64,000 nucleotides of DNA from the human T2T-CHM13v2.0 reference genome, Homo sapiens, in assembly GCF_009914755.1 (NCBI RefSeq), contig NC_060930.1. One strand, written 5' to 3'. Within the stretch, counting starts at the first letter, position 1. Each line of letters begins with the position of its first letter. Below are positions 16,219-29,405 of this stretch, piece by piece. The notes below the pieces were generated by a model that saw only the letters and a list, made by a program, of their open reading frames with translations, ran no database searches and was not told the DNA's origin. A program made the translations under genes and the position numbers.

Positions 16219-16949
16219 AGGCATAGAAGCATTGAACACCACAAAGTATAGGAAAAGAGTTACGGAGACAATTAAACTTTGTGGGTGAGAGGGTGCAGGC
16301 AGTTATCAGAAAATGCTTTAAAGATGAAAGTGATACTTCATTAGAGTGTGGAAAAATGACCTGATATTCAGCTGAAGGAAATTGGTGAAGATTTCTATCA
16401 GAAGATGCAGCACAAAACAGACAGCTAGATGTGAAATATAATGGTGAACTTCACAATTATGTGTGAGGATTGGTTAGGAAGAATGGTAGTTTAAGTATTT
16501 TATTTCCAAGGATTGCTACCTAACGCTTTCGGGACCAAAGAGACTATCTCCTGCTTGTGTTTGGTATGTGATAGGTGTGTGGAAACAATCACTTGCCATT
16601 AAAATGAAAACTGCATAAATGTCTGCCATTTTATTTGAATTACTGCCAATTTTTAAATATTTGCCCCAACAAGGTTAGCTTCTAAATACTCTCCACGTAT
16701 GAAGGTAATATATGCTTCATGAAGTTTCATGAAGATAAAGCATGTCATTTAAATTTTCTATTTGTTCAGTAAAAACTTAATTAAAACCTGTTCTTCCCCA
16801 AGTTAGAAAAAGTTTACTTATATATAAATATGATGATGTCTCTGTCCACAAACTTTGTATGGTTTAAAACAGTTATTCTGAAGAATCTTTAAAAATGTTG
16901 TAAAAAAAAGAAAGGAAGAATTAACACAAAGAAGAGCTTCATGTTATAA

Positions 16950-17277
<328 letters not shown>

Positions 17278-19090
17278 TCCTCAGATCTTTTAAAACGTAA
17301 ATATTCACTTTGAATTTCCAAGAAATGTGTTTATTATGATGTTTTTATAAGTTATATGACCATAGCCAACAATTTTTCCATAAGGCATCTGTTAGGACTA
17401 TTGTTATTCAGAAAACTTTACGTAACATAACATAAGAAATGTGTAGCTCATTATAACTATGGAAACAACGTAGCATTTTCTAAACTCTAAAATAAATTAA
17501 CGTAGATGTCATCAGAATATTGTATCCTTAACTATACAGAAGAATCAGACTTGTAAATTATCAATATTTTAATGATAGGACGAGTGAGATAATGAATATA
17601 TTGTCCAGCATAGCACCTTGTAGAACACAATGAATAATGCTTCTCCCTGAATTTTGCTCATTTTTTGCCCCTTTCCATTTGAATATGGCACTGTATGTTC
17701 AAAATTAAGCATACCAAACCAGTCCCATTTATTTGATATATCCAGTGGAATTCATGATAAAGTGTTTGAGAGAAATGCACCCTCTATTTGCTAATTCTTC
17801 TATTGATGCATATGATTTTGTAAGATAAGTGAATGCATTTTGTGCGTGGTGTGTGTGTGTGTTTGTGTGTATGTTTGTGGTATTGGCATATGTGTACATA
17901 TATATGGAAAAAATAAATGTTGACTTTTATATTTTTAATAAATATTATATTTAAATATTCCCCATAAAATTCAATATAAAATCAGTTTTTAGAATTACTG
18001 ATTCAAACATTTTAAGTATATTGAAACATATATCAGTAAAACAAATTTGTGTTGCTCTTAAATATGTGTGCATGTCTGTGCATTTTGTGCTGTTTGTTGA
18101 CAAATGCTAACAAATATTTTCATTCTGCATGCTTGATAGGCCAAGACATGTAGGCAGTTTCTTTTACAGTAATAGGAGCAGAGCACATCTTCAATTACAT
18201 ATAAAATATTCTCACATTAAAATTACTTTAGCATTTTTTATTTTATGCTGCCACTCAATTCATGTAGTTAACTAATTTTGTAGACTAATGAGTACTTTTC
18301 TTCCCACATCCTGAATTTAGATGAAGAATCAAGTTCTGAAGTTGTTCAGATTATTCAGTTCTAGGTTTGATAAATCTAATATGTTTATAACTGCCTGAGA
18401 AGTCCTAATTCAAAGCTCTTCACATCTAGACCTTTTTGGGTTGCTGATTACTCCGAGAAACTCATTTTTCCTAGCTTAAAACTATAAGGACTTCTCATGA
18501 CATATTTTAACCGAAGGAATAGAGCTATGAAAAAGGTACATAGCTGAAAACATAAAACAAAAAGAATTTTAATGATTCACTAAAATTCAAGACAACTGTG
18601 AATATAGTTGATTCCACAGAAAGTATTTCTTGTCCTATATGCAATCTCTCCTGCTAGACAATAATATAATAGTTTTAAATTTAAAGGAGGCATTCAGAAT
18701 CATTTCTGACAATTATTTCAAGCATTTTGATCATGGTTAAGTCCTTTTAATTTGCTTTCCTCCCACTTTATTATTTGCTTAAGTTTTGGCCCTTGCAGTT
18801 TGTTTATATTTGTTTACACATTGGTAATAATAATGTTTAGAAGTTGACTTTTTCAAATTTAAACTTTTGTTGGGTAAATCACTTTCCACGGATAGATGCA
18901 TATTTTAACCTACTAGAAACCTTAGGTCTGATCAATGCTCTATTTTTGGTATTATCCTTACCTTGTAATTTATCCTTCTTGGAGATATATCTTTATACTC
19001 TAGATTTAGAAAGTTATTGATTTCGAAGTTTCCCCCAAGACACCTACTCAAATCATATATGCTATTTCTGCCTTCCTTCCTTACTCCTTC

Positions 19091-19510
19091 TGATATGGTT
19101 TGGATGTTTGTCCCCTCCAAATCTCATGTTGATATTTAATCCCCAGTGTTGGAGGTGAGGCCTGGTGAGATGTGTTTGGATCATGGCAGTGAATTCCTCA
19201 TGAATGGTTTGGTGCCGTCTTTATGGTAATGAATGAATTCTTGCTCTATTAGTTCCTGGAAGAACAAACTGATAAGAAGAGTCTGACACCTTCTCCCGTC
19301 TCTTGCTTCCTTCACTGCCAAATCATGCCTGCTTCCCTTGGTTTCCACCATGGATGGAAATTTCAGGAAACCTTTACCAGAAGCAGATGCTGTCACCATG
19401 CTTCTTGCCAGCATGGTGAGTCTGAAGAATTGTGAACCAAATAAACTCCGTTCTTGATAAATTACCCAGCCTCTGGTATTACTTTAGAGCAGTGCAAAGG
19501 GAGTAAGACA
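19091..19510 (+). mobile_element. MaLR solo LTR (MSTB-type)
   Basis: tgatatggtttggatgtttgtcccctccaaatctcatg through gagtaagaca; 5-bp TSD ccttc on both sides; AATAAA near 19439. Confidence 0.9.
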
Positions 19511-21238
19511 CCTTCACTCCCTCTCTTCTTTCCTTCCTTATATCCTCTCTTCTTTTGCTATCCATTTCATTTTATAAGACTAAGAAAGCTGAATTAATGA
19601 TGGGAGGAGATTTCTTTAGGAAACAATTAAATCTAACAAAATTAATGCCTCTCTGAAAAGTCTTTTTGTTAGGGTGCTAACCGACCTACTTTGGTTAAGC
19701 TTACATTTTAAATTTTACTTGAAACAAGGCACAAATAAAAACAGGACTATCATGCTTTTGTGTGTCACTAACAACTTATTTTTAGCTTTATAAAACTGAA
19801 ACTCCACAAGGAAGTTTCCAAATCCATAGGGTGTTCCCACTTCTTACATTTTGTCCTTGGATCAATGGTTTAGATGACAGATGAAAAAAACACATAGCAA
19901 TTTCCCTAGTGCCCGTATTCTACTGCTGAAGATAAAGAATTAAGAGAATTTTTTCAGGTAAATCGGGCACCTAATACTACTCACAATATCCTTATGGTAG
20001 CTTTTATTTTATGTTATGACATGATTTTAATTGTATTTTAATGGTTATACCTTGTTTTAAACATGCAGAGTTTCATTGCAGAACATATGTTTTGAGGTAT
20101 GTTTGAACGCATTTAAACATTTAATATGATTTAAATTCTTCTGTGTGTTTTCCTACACAACATTTTTAATCTTGTACGATTGTGCTTCATTTTCTTCAGA
20201 AAAAGAAATTATTTTGTTTAGTTTTCTTTCTTCACCTAGTAATGAATCAGATTAAGAATTTCAATACATTAATATTCAGCGTAATTATGTTTCTAGATAA
20301 CACTCTTCTCAACCATACTTAACACCTAACAAGATTCAAACTAAGCTATATTTTTACCATATCAACATTTAAAATTATTTGCCTCCAAAGAAATACAACA
20401 AGATAACTGCAGGAAATACATTTTAGTGAATGTCAGGTTAACAATTTTGAAAAATCAACATGTACACACACACACACACCCCTACATACACACAAATATT
20501 TGCCACAATATTATATAAATAGATGTAAGAAATTATAATAATCTTTCTAGAGTCATTAGTTGTAACATTGGTAAAAAACAATTTCAGCTATGAATTCATC
20601 TACAAGCCAGACCGAAAATATAAGTTTATAACACACAAAGAATTTCATAAAAAGTCACCGTACATTTGTTTTTGATTATGTATATCTGTGAATACTGGAA
20701 ATTTTGTTGAGCATATCTAGAGAAAAGGGGATGTGCTTGTCCTCACAATCTGCATGAATAAAGAAATGTGGAATAATAAAAGCAATATATTTTTTTTCTC
20801 TGACAAATGGTAAGTGATATATTACAGGTCGGTCCTAAGAAGATTTTGGATGTATTTGAAGAGTTACTTTAATAGCTACCCTATCAAGTCTTCATTTGCC
20901 TTTTCAAATCCTGCTTATTTAAGGCTTTTCCTGCCTTCATTTATTGACCACACTTAATGTTACCTCTTACATACAGCAGGCTTGATATGAATCCATTTTG
21001 AGTCTTATTTCTTTTTTCTGCACTTGTTTTTGTGCATAACAGTGTATACTTTGGTAGAGAGTGTACTAGAATCTGTACTGGTTTTACTAGGCTCTACTTT
21101 AATTCCATCAATAATACCTATGTGATCTGGGCAAGTAGGGACATATTCTAGATTCTTAATTTCTTATTGTGTAAAATTTATAATGCTTTAAAAATGGCCC
21201 TTTTTAGCCTTCAAACACTGTGCGTTAGCCCCAAATAG

Positions 21239-21589
<351 letters not shown>

Positions 21590-22956
21590 AAAAGTTTCTA
21601 TTTTTAATTTGTCAGGACTGATCTTTTAGAAGACCCTAATATCAAGCTTTAAGCCTTTGCTTCCTTAGGTTTTAATTTTTGTCCCATGTCACATACTTCT
21701 GAAAGCTACTTTATTCTAATTGAATAAATCAGTCTTTTTCTCAAGATGAATTCTGAAAGTACTAGAGTATATATGCATTTATGATTAGCCAACTTCTATA
21801 ACAAAGTCAGTTTTTATTAATTGGAATAAAGTCAGTCATCCCCAGTTTCACAATGATCAAATGTGTGTTAGCCTAATGTATTCTACAGGTACATAAAGCA
21901 TATTAATCGACAATGGATTATCATTTGGCCCACACTGAAATTTCTCTGGGTGAATATTCATGTGCCACAGGTTGAAGTTTCTCTACACACTAACTCTTAC
22001 AATAAATGAAAGATATAATGTGCAATTTTACAAAACAGGAAGCTATTGTAATATTTTGTATAACTACTAATTAATATTTTGACACATTTTATTATTTATG
22101 TAAAAATAAATGCATTTATCTCAACAAATATTATTGATGAAGAAATCATACTTGGTAGAGATGTATTTCATACCAAAGTATTATTTTTCTTCAAATATTC
22201 ATGGCAACTGTAAGCAATCGAATTAAGAAGCACAATATGTAGACAAATTGATCTCCCCAAGTTCCCCAAGCCGTTCTGCTCTGTTTGGCAACTTAATAGA
22301 AATGTGAGAGAAATAGACGTATGCCAGGAGGCTGGTGATTCTATATCTAAGGAGTTTGACTAACAGACATGAGAGAAAGGAAAGATGTAACTCCTCATCT
22401 AAAATATTTCTCTCTAAGAACAAAATCACTGTCCACTACTATTAATAGCTCTTGACTATTGCATATAAAACTTTTTTTTCCTGCTTAGAATGATAGGGCA
22501 GCAGCAACTCCTTTTATCAACCAGTATCTGATATTCAGGGAGACAGACTCTTGAGAAACAATCAGTAAAATCAGCAGTGTTTTCTTTGACTGCTATAACA
22601 TTTTAAATTCAACATTTCAGTGAATTCTGCAGCAACCATTTGCAGTTTAAAAAATGGAAGGTCTAAAAAGCATTCAGAAATTTTATATAACAAAAAGTCC
22701 TTCAAGCTGAATTTTATGTCCAAATGAAGAATGAATTTCAGAAGCAAGAGTTTCAGCATTACACAATTTATCAAAAGTCTTCATCACTGTTATTAAAATT
22801 AGGGAATCCTCTAAAGTTAGACATAACCTAGGTATATTCCTGCTGATCAATACACCCGGAGCCATAGATTACAATTATTGTTGGACAATTTGTCCTTGTC
22901 TTTAAAGCAGCTAGTTATGTTCCATTAAAAACAATGCAGGTTGTTTTTTTTTACAG

Positions 22957-23004
22957 GGAACCTTCTCTGTGCATTACTGACACAAAGATTCAGACTAAGG
23001 AATG
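22957..23004 (+). other. Candidate 48-nt exon (splice signals only)
   Basis: ttgtttttttttacag| acceptor and ATG|gtaagc donor; no transcript evidence. Confidence 0.2.
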
Positions 23005-23658
23005 GTAAGCATTGCATAGATCTGGTTCTTAAAGTTGGCCAAAGGTATAAAACATTCCTCCGTAGTAATCACAAAAATAACAGTGAAAAGAAAAGAATGA
23101 GGACTTTGTAGAATCCAGATTCAAGACTTACTCTATATGTTGCTGTTATTATTATCCAGACTCACATGGATTCACAAGAGTGAACCAAAACCACAAGAAA
23201 CTATTTACCACATTGAATACCACTTTACATCCTCATCTAAGGAAGATCATAGTTAAACATGATAGCTAAATACACACAAAAATATAATATTAAAGAAGGC
23301 TTTGCTATAATGTAATAATCTATATAATTTATACACCATGTAGGATATATACCTAGAGTTATAGATATTCTACCCTAATTATTTACCATGCTTATTTTTC
23401 TGATGTTTCAGAGGTCAAAAGAAAATGTAAAAAATGCATGAACACGAAGGTCATTATACTGAGGTTCTGTTAGGTGATAAAATGAAAGGAAATTCAAAGA
23501 TGACAACCATGTAAAACATCTGGCATTCTGTCACCTGAACATTTTTATAACTAAACTGCTACATGTGCTTTTGTGGGACTGTGCCAGACGGACACCGCAA
23601 TTATACACTGCACTGAATTACAGCTCTCAGAGGAGGAGATTTGCATGCCGCCACTTAC

Positions 23659-23837
23659 ATCATCTATGCACTCAGAATAAAAAAGGGCTACGGAAGGGAA
23701 AACAAACTAAATGTTGAAAAAGCCTAACTGGCTCAATCTCAATTCTTCTTGATCATGATTGCTTTACACTTTAATGGAAAATTACTAAACTGCCAATACA
23801 TTCAGTTGTTGTTGTCGTTAATAATGTTGATTTCTAT
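23659..23837 (-). other. Candidate exon B of a minus-strand transcript
   Basis: Acceptor ctgttgttcttttcag| and donor GAT|gtaagt; stop codons in all three frames. Confidence 0.3.
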
Positions 23838-24045
23838 CTGAAAAGAACAACAGTTTGACTTCCCACACACTACCTTTTTCACAAATGGGATGACTTTTAA
23901 TTCAGGCATGGAAGTAGCATGTAAATGTAAAGCTCATTCATAAAATTCTGAATATACCGATTCTCTTGGATTTATTAACATTAGCTGGATAAGTCGATGC
24001 CTTCATTACAATGGAGACACTAGTCCTACACACACAGTAGCTCAC

Positions 24046-24217
24046 CTCCCGACTGGCAGTGTCCTGTTCCTCCATACTTGTCGGCATCATTTTCTCAGCA
24101 GCTATTGAATATCAACAACTGCTTCCAGGGGCAATGGGAACTTTTAAATATTCCCATTAAATATAAATTACACTGTTCGTTAACAAGCTAATTTGAAAAT
24201 TTAACCTCTAACAGCAT
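24046..24217 (-). other. Candidate exon A (or first exon) of a minus-strand transcript
   Basis: Donor GAG|gtgagc; possible acceptor gtttgtttctag|; AAAATG at 24090 stays open to the donor. Confidence 0.3.
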
Positions 24218-24334
24218 CTAGAAACAAACTAATGACTTGAATTTAATTATTAAATATACACATATATTTTAAAGAAACAGCAAAAGAAGACATTGTTATT
24301 TGCTTAAAGTCTATTTTGGATCTGACATTTAAAA

Positions 24335-24500
24335 TATATTACCTAATTTAATCTTTACAAAAACATTTGAGGATGGTAGTATGTCCATGTTACATTGGGG
24401 AAACTCAGTAATGAGGAAGAAAATTGGAACAAGAGAGGAGGGAAGTCATTTTAAAAGAGGCAGAGCCAGAAGTGGAACTAAGCTCTGATTAGCAAGAATG
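24335..24500 (-). mobile_element. MIR fragment
   Basis: atttaatctttacaaaaac and ccatgttacattggggaaactcag. Confidence 0.5.
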
Positions 24501-25688
24501 TTCATGAACTTCCCATAATGCCAGACTGATACACATAATTAACAGCAGTAACATGCTCACTGAGATAAATTATTACTGTTAGAAATGAATTTTTTCATCT
24601 TCAGCTGATAACTGCATCACCCAATCCTGCATTAAGTCTGGAATTCAAAATTAAAATGGAACTATATAATCATGGTTTATAATCCAGAATGAACACAGAA
24701 TAAATGAATTCCAGAAAATTTCTCCCTTAGTTATTTCAACTTTATTAAATATTTAAAGTGTTACTATATTGGTTTTGTTAATGCCTTTTTTTTTAGTTGA
24801 AAATCACAGGCTGTGATTTTTAAGGGTAGAATATAATAGTCAATATATCAATGTTCTTAGTAGAAAAAAATTGTAATGATTATTTTTGCTTGCAAATTTA
24901 TTTTGTAATGATTTGGTTTCCACTGTGCCATCTACTCCAGAAGTCTGAGAGTATTCAATGTTATTTAGTAAATCTAGATTTTAATGATTGCTAGGTTGAA
25001 AAAAAATGGAAAACAAAATGAGTCAGTGAGCTGACAGCCATATTTTATTCCAGTTACCCATACTTTGCTGCTTTTATGTATTTAGTAAGATGTGTCTAAC
25101 ATCCTTTCCCATAAATATATAACACACTCAAGTACCAATTAAAAATGAATGATATTCTGTGAAATACAGTCCATTTCCAAAGACTATAACTCATCTTAAT
25201 GCAGAAATATCCATCTGGTCATTCCAATAAGCTTTGGATGTAAGTAAAGAAATCTGGACAGGATCTTCAACTTCATCAACTCTGGTAAGGTTCTTTAATC
25301 TTACCAACTCCCATGGAAAAGAAGTCTAGTAGACACTGTAATTCAATAGTATGCAGTTATAGCCTGGATGTTGCAAACTTTCCATTCAATACAATTTCTG
25401 TTCCTTACAGGGTGAATTATACTAGAGCTGGCACCTTCTCCCATTGGTTATCTTTTTAAGTTATCTACAGCTGGATGAGAGTAATTACAAAAACAATTTA
25501 AGTTTAAAATCTGCTTAAATAGCACTAAGAACACTCCATTATGTGATACCTAGAAGGATCAAGGTAAATCATGTGGAGCAGACAGTTGAGCTCTTTGTCC
25601 ATTGAGCAAAATCTTACAGACTTTCTTGGTTGTCATATTTCAACATAAATTTTCTTTTCCAGGAAAAGTGCTGAAGAAAATAATCTGC

Positions 25689-25985
25689 TTTCTTTTTTCT
25701 TTTTTTTCTGTGGTAGGGTCTGGCTCTGACACCCAGGCTGTAGTGCAGTGGCATAATCACAGCTCACTGACCTCCTGAGCTCAAGCAATCCTCACACCTC
25801 AGCCTCCTGAGTAGCTGGGACTACAGGCACAGGTCATCGTGCTTGGCTAATTTTTATTTTTATTTTGTGGAGACAGAGGTCTCGCTTTGTTGCCTAGGCT
25901 GGTCTCCAACTCCTGGCTTCAAGTGATCCTCCTGCCTCTGCTTCCCAAAGTGCTAGTATTACAGGCAGAGTCACCGCACCTAGCC
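25689..25985 (-). mobile_element. Alu (AluJ-type)
   Basis: Degenerate dimer; ctcctgagctcaagcaatcctc. Confidence 0.88.
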
Positions 25986-26153
25986 CATGCACCTATTCAT
26001 TTGTAAGTTACAATTATCCCAAAATAAATAAAATATATTTTGAATGCATGTATTCATAATCCTGCTGAATGTACTTTACAATTATGATATATTTATAATT
26101 CTAACTTCACATTGCAAAACTACTAACAACAAAATGTCTCCATGGAATAAAAC

Positions 26154-26428
26154 TTTTTCTTTTTTGAGACAGAGTCCTAGGCTGGAGTGTGATGGTAGGA
26201 TCACAGCTCAGTGCAACCTCAAGCTCCTGGGCTCAAATGCTCCTTTCACCTCAGCCTCTCAAATATCTAGGAGTACACCACCACATCCAGGTAATTTTTT
26301 AATTATCTGTAGAGATGGCATCTCATTGTTTTGTCCAGTCTGGTCTCGAACTTCTGACCTCAAGTGATCCTCCTACCTAGGCCTCCAAAAGTGCTAGGAT
26401 TACAGGCATGCACTACCATGATGGCCCA
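26154..26428 (-). mobile_element. Alu (AluJ-type, internal deletions)
   Basis: Degenerate dimer. Confidence 0.85.
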
Positions 26429-28409
26429 GACTTTTTATAAATTTAGTATTTGCAACAAAATAATAAAATGAAATAAAGGTAAAATATGTTAAAATATTTT
26501 TTAACTAAACAAGAAAACACCCTTCTTCTATCCTACAATTATTATGAAAGCAGGTTTAGGCCAAATAAACAATTAATTTTTTTGCAAGTTTGCTGCCATA
26601 AATCAACCATGCATGAATATCTGATATAAACAGTGTTTACCAAGTTAGTTGCTAAGACTGTAACAACTTAAAAATATATGTTTTTCTTTTTGCTGCTTGC
26701 TTTACTTTGAGAAAAAAATATTTGACATTTCTGCATTCGTTGAAGAAACTGTGACCATATTCATGTTTCTCTTCAATGCTTTCTTACAGTTGCCCATATA
26801 TACTTTCAAATCAATTTCTCATTTGGAAAAAAGAATGAAAAGAAAAAAAAAACTTTTCTCGTACCAAAAAAAACAAAAAAAAATTACCATGATTTAGATG
26901 TGCCAAATAAGTGAAAGCACAGCTATTTAAATACTTAACAGGTATCACTAAAACATAAATATGTCTTTAATTATTTATATGATTACAAAATTGATGGATC
27001 ATTGGTTGCACCAAGTAATCTACTATCCTTATATTACATTAAATCAATTCTGAAACCAAATATTATATTGCATAAGGCAGAGAAAAATGAAATTAATACA
27101 ATTTCTAAGTGATTAAAGTAAAACTTGAAGATGAAAAATAAAGGAGTTCATGTTTATATTTCAAAAATTGGGCAAAAATATTAATCCAACTGTTTAATAA
27201 GTTAACAAAAAGCCTAAAGACTAGAAATAATGGATTCTGTTGTACTTGAAATTAGTTTGTTATATATGAAACAGTAGTGCGTACCAAATGGATATAGGCA
27301 AAATTAGAAGTACATTTTAAGTGCCATACAGTATAGTAAAAGCTATTTGATCCCATGACAAAGTAAGGTCCTGTGGGATGAAATGATTAGAGATAATTTT
27401 ACAGGGGTGAAGAGATCTAAAGGGGCGGAATAATCACAGTGGAGAAACTGACTATACAAATTGAGTTAAGATCCATGAAGATTCACTTGTTACCTGGTAC
27501 TCAAGAGCTAACTGTTCCCAATTTTAACCTGGCAATAAAAAGTTCAGAGCTTTCAGAGCACAGGATCTAATTTCATGGTATTCTGTTTTTGGAGTTCTAA
27601 ATAAACCTCATCATCCAGATGTAATAGAAGAGAGATTTGAGATCCAACTCCCTGAGTTTGTCTTTGAATAGCCTTGAGTAAATCGAATTCAGAGATTTTG
27701 CCCTGCAGATATTCTGAAATTTGCTGGTAAAGCTAGAAGTTGTAAGATGGATGTTTGAATGGAAAGGTAGTGGGGTGGGAATGAAGGCTGATAAAGGTAA
27801 AATTAACTTTGTTAGTAACAAGCATCAAAATTAATTAACATCTCTCCTCAGCTTTGCTTCCTTAAACAACTGTCTCCTTGTCAAATCTAGATATATTATT
27901 TTTGACTCTGAACAAAGGACATCTTATCTCCATCAAATTGTATCTTAAAATAGGTTTCTGTTTCTTTGTGACTTCAGACAACCTGGGAGTACCATGGCAG
28001 ATGTTGGCTGCTGTTGTTCTTAACGTTCATTCTGATTTCATGTAGAAGCCTGGGAAATCTTTATTGCTGTATTCTTTTTTGCCAATAACTTTCATTGATT
28101 TTAATTCCTTCTATGAATTTGTAATACAGCCAGGATATTTCTAAATGATTTTTTTTCTCCTTTCCTTCTTTCTGTAAACTCAAGGTCACGGCCTATAATA
28201 AAGAACTACGTAATAAACTGGGTCCATGCAGAAATAGCACTAGCTTGAAAAATGATTCTAATTTCATTATTCTTATTCCTAAATCTGAATGGCATTCAAA
28301 ACATGCTCTGTGAAGGTTAAAAACTGAAAGTAAATGCAAAGTGAAGTTTCATATTCTGTATTCACACATTTTTGCTTTACTTTTTGGTTTAATGCCTATT
28401 TGTTTTTCA

Positions 28410-28527
28410 AGAGATGTAAAGCTCTAAAAGGGCAGGTATCATGCCTGCTTTATTCAACACTGTATACCAGGCATTTAGCGTCATGCTAATCTTTTTTGTA
28501 AGGAATCAATCTGTGCTGAATGACTGA
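28410..28527 (+). mobile_element. L2 3' end fragment
   Basis: agatgtaaagctctaaaagggcagg through tgctgaatgactga. Confidence 0.55.
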
Positions 28528-29097
28528 AATCAGCCTAATTCCCAGAGATGAGAGTTACAGATTAATTTTCAGGAAATATGAGCCTTCATTTGCTTTCCAG
28601 CTTAAGGGAAAATAAAAACCATGAATGTAACAGTGACTTTTACTAGCATATTAAGTATTAGTATGCATCTTAAGGAAGCTAATTTAATACGGTAATTATA
28701 TTTATAGAAGTGAGTACCTGCACTTGCCATTCTTTGCCTTGCCTCTGTCTGAACACCCATGCCTCATTAGGTAAACAAATTCTCCCACTGTCTGATGCTC
28801 ACTGCCCATTTTCTCTTATTTATTATTTTTCCAATGTTCCATCTCAGCCTGAGTCATCTACCATATACTGGTCAGGCAAGTGCACAATTCCAGCTTACCG
28901 TGATGAGAAGATATTCTTTATAAGAATTATTTACGTGATAATTTGAGTCTCTCAGTTCAGTTTACTCAGGTTTATTTATTTAACAGCCTCAAAAGTCTTG
29001 AAAAAGAACAAATAAGAAACCCTACAAGTCATTTCCTTTCTCATTGTTCATTCTTGAACTTTGTCCTGGGCCTCATGATTTAAAAAATATTATTTGG

Positions 29098-29405
29098 GGC
29101 TGTGTGCGGTGGCTCACACCTGTTATCTCAGCACTTGGGAGGCCGAGGTGGGTGGATGGCCTGAGGTGAGGAGTTTGAGACTAACCTGGCCAACATGGTG
29201 AAACCCTGTCCCTACTAAAAATACAAAAATTAGCCAGGGATAATGGTGGGGCCCTGTAACCCCAGCTACTCAGGAGACTGAGGCATGAGAATTGCTTGAA
29301 CCTGAGAGGCGGAGGTTGCAGTGAGCTAAGAATGTACCATTGCACTTCAGCCTGGGCAGCAAGAGTGAAAGTCCATCTCAAGAAAAAAAAAAAAAAGGTA
29401 AATAC
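29098..29405 (+). mobile_element. Alu (AluSp/Sq-type)
   Basis: ggcagcaagagtgaaa; 14-bp TSD aaaatattatttgg at 29084-29097 and 29406-29419. Confidence 0.92.

Noticed and set aside
24054-24085. tggcagtgtc, identical to the first 10 nt of miR-34a
   Set aside because: The match stops after 10 nt and the flanks do not form a pre-miRNA hairpin
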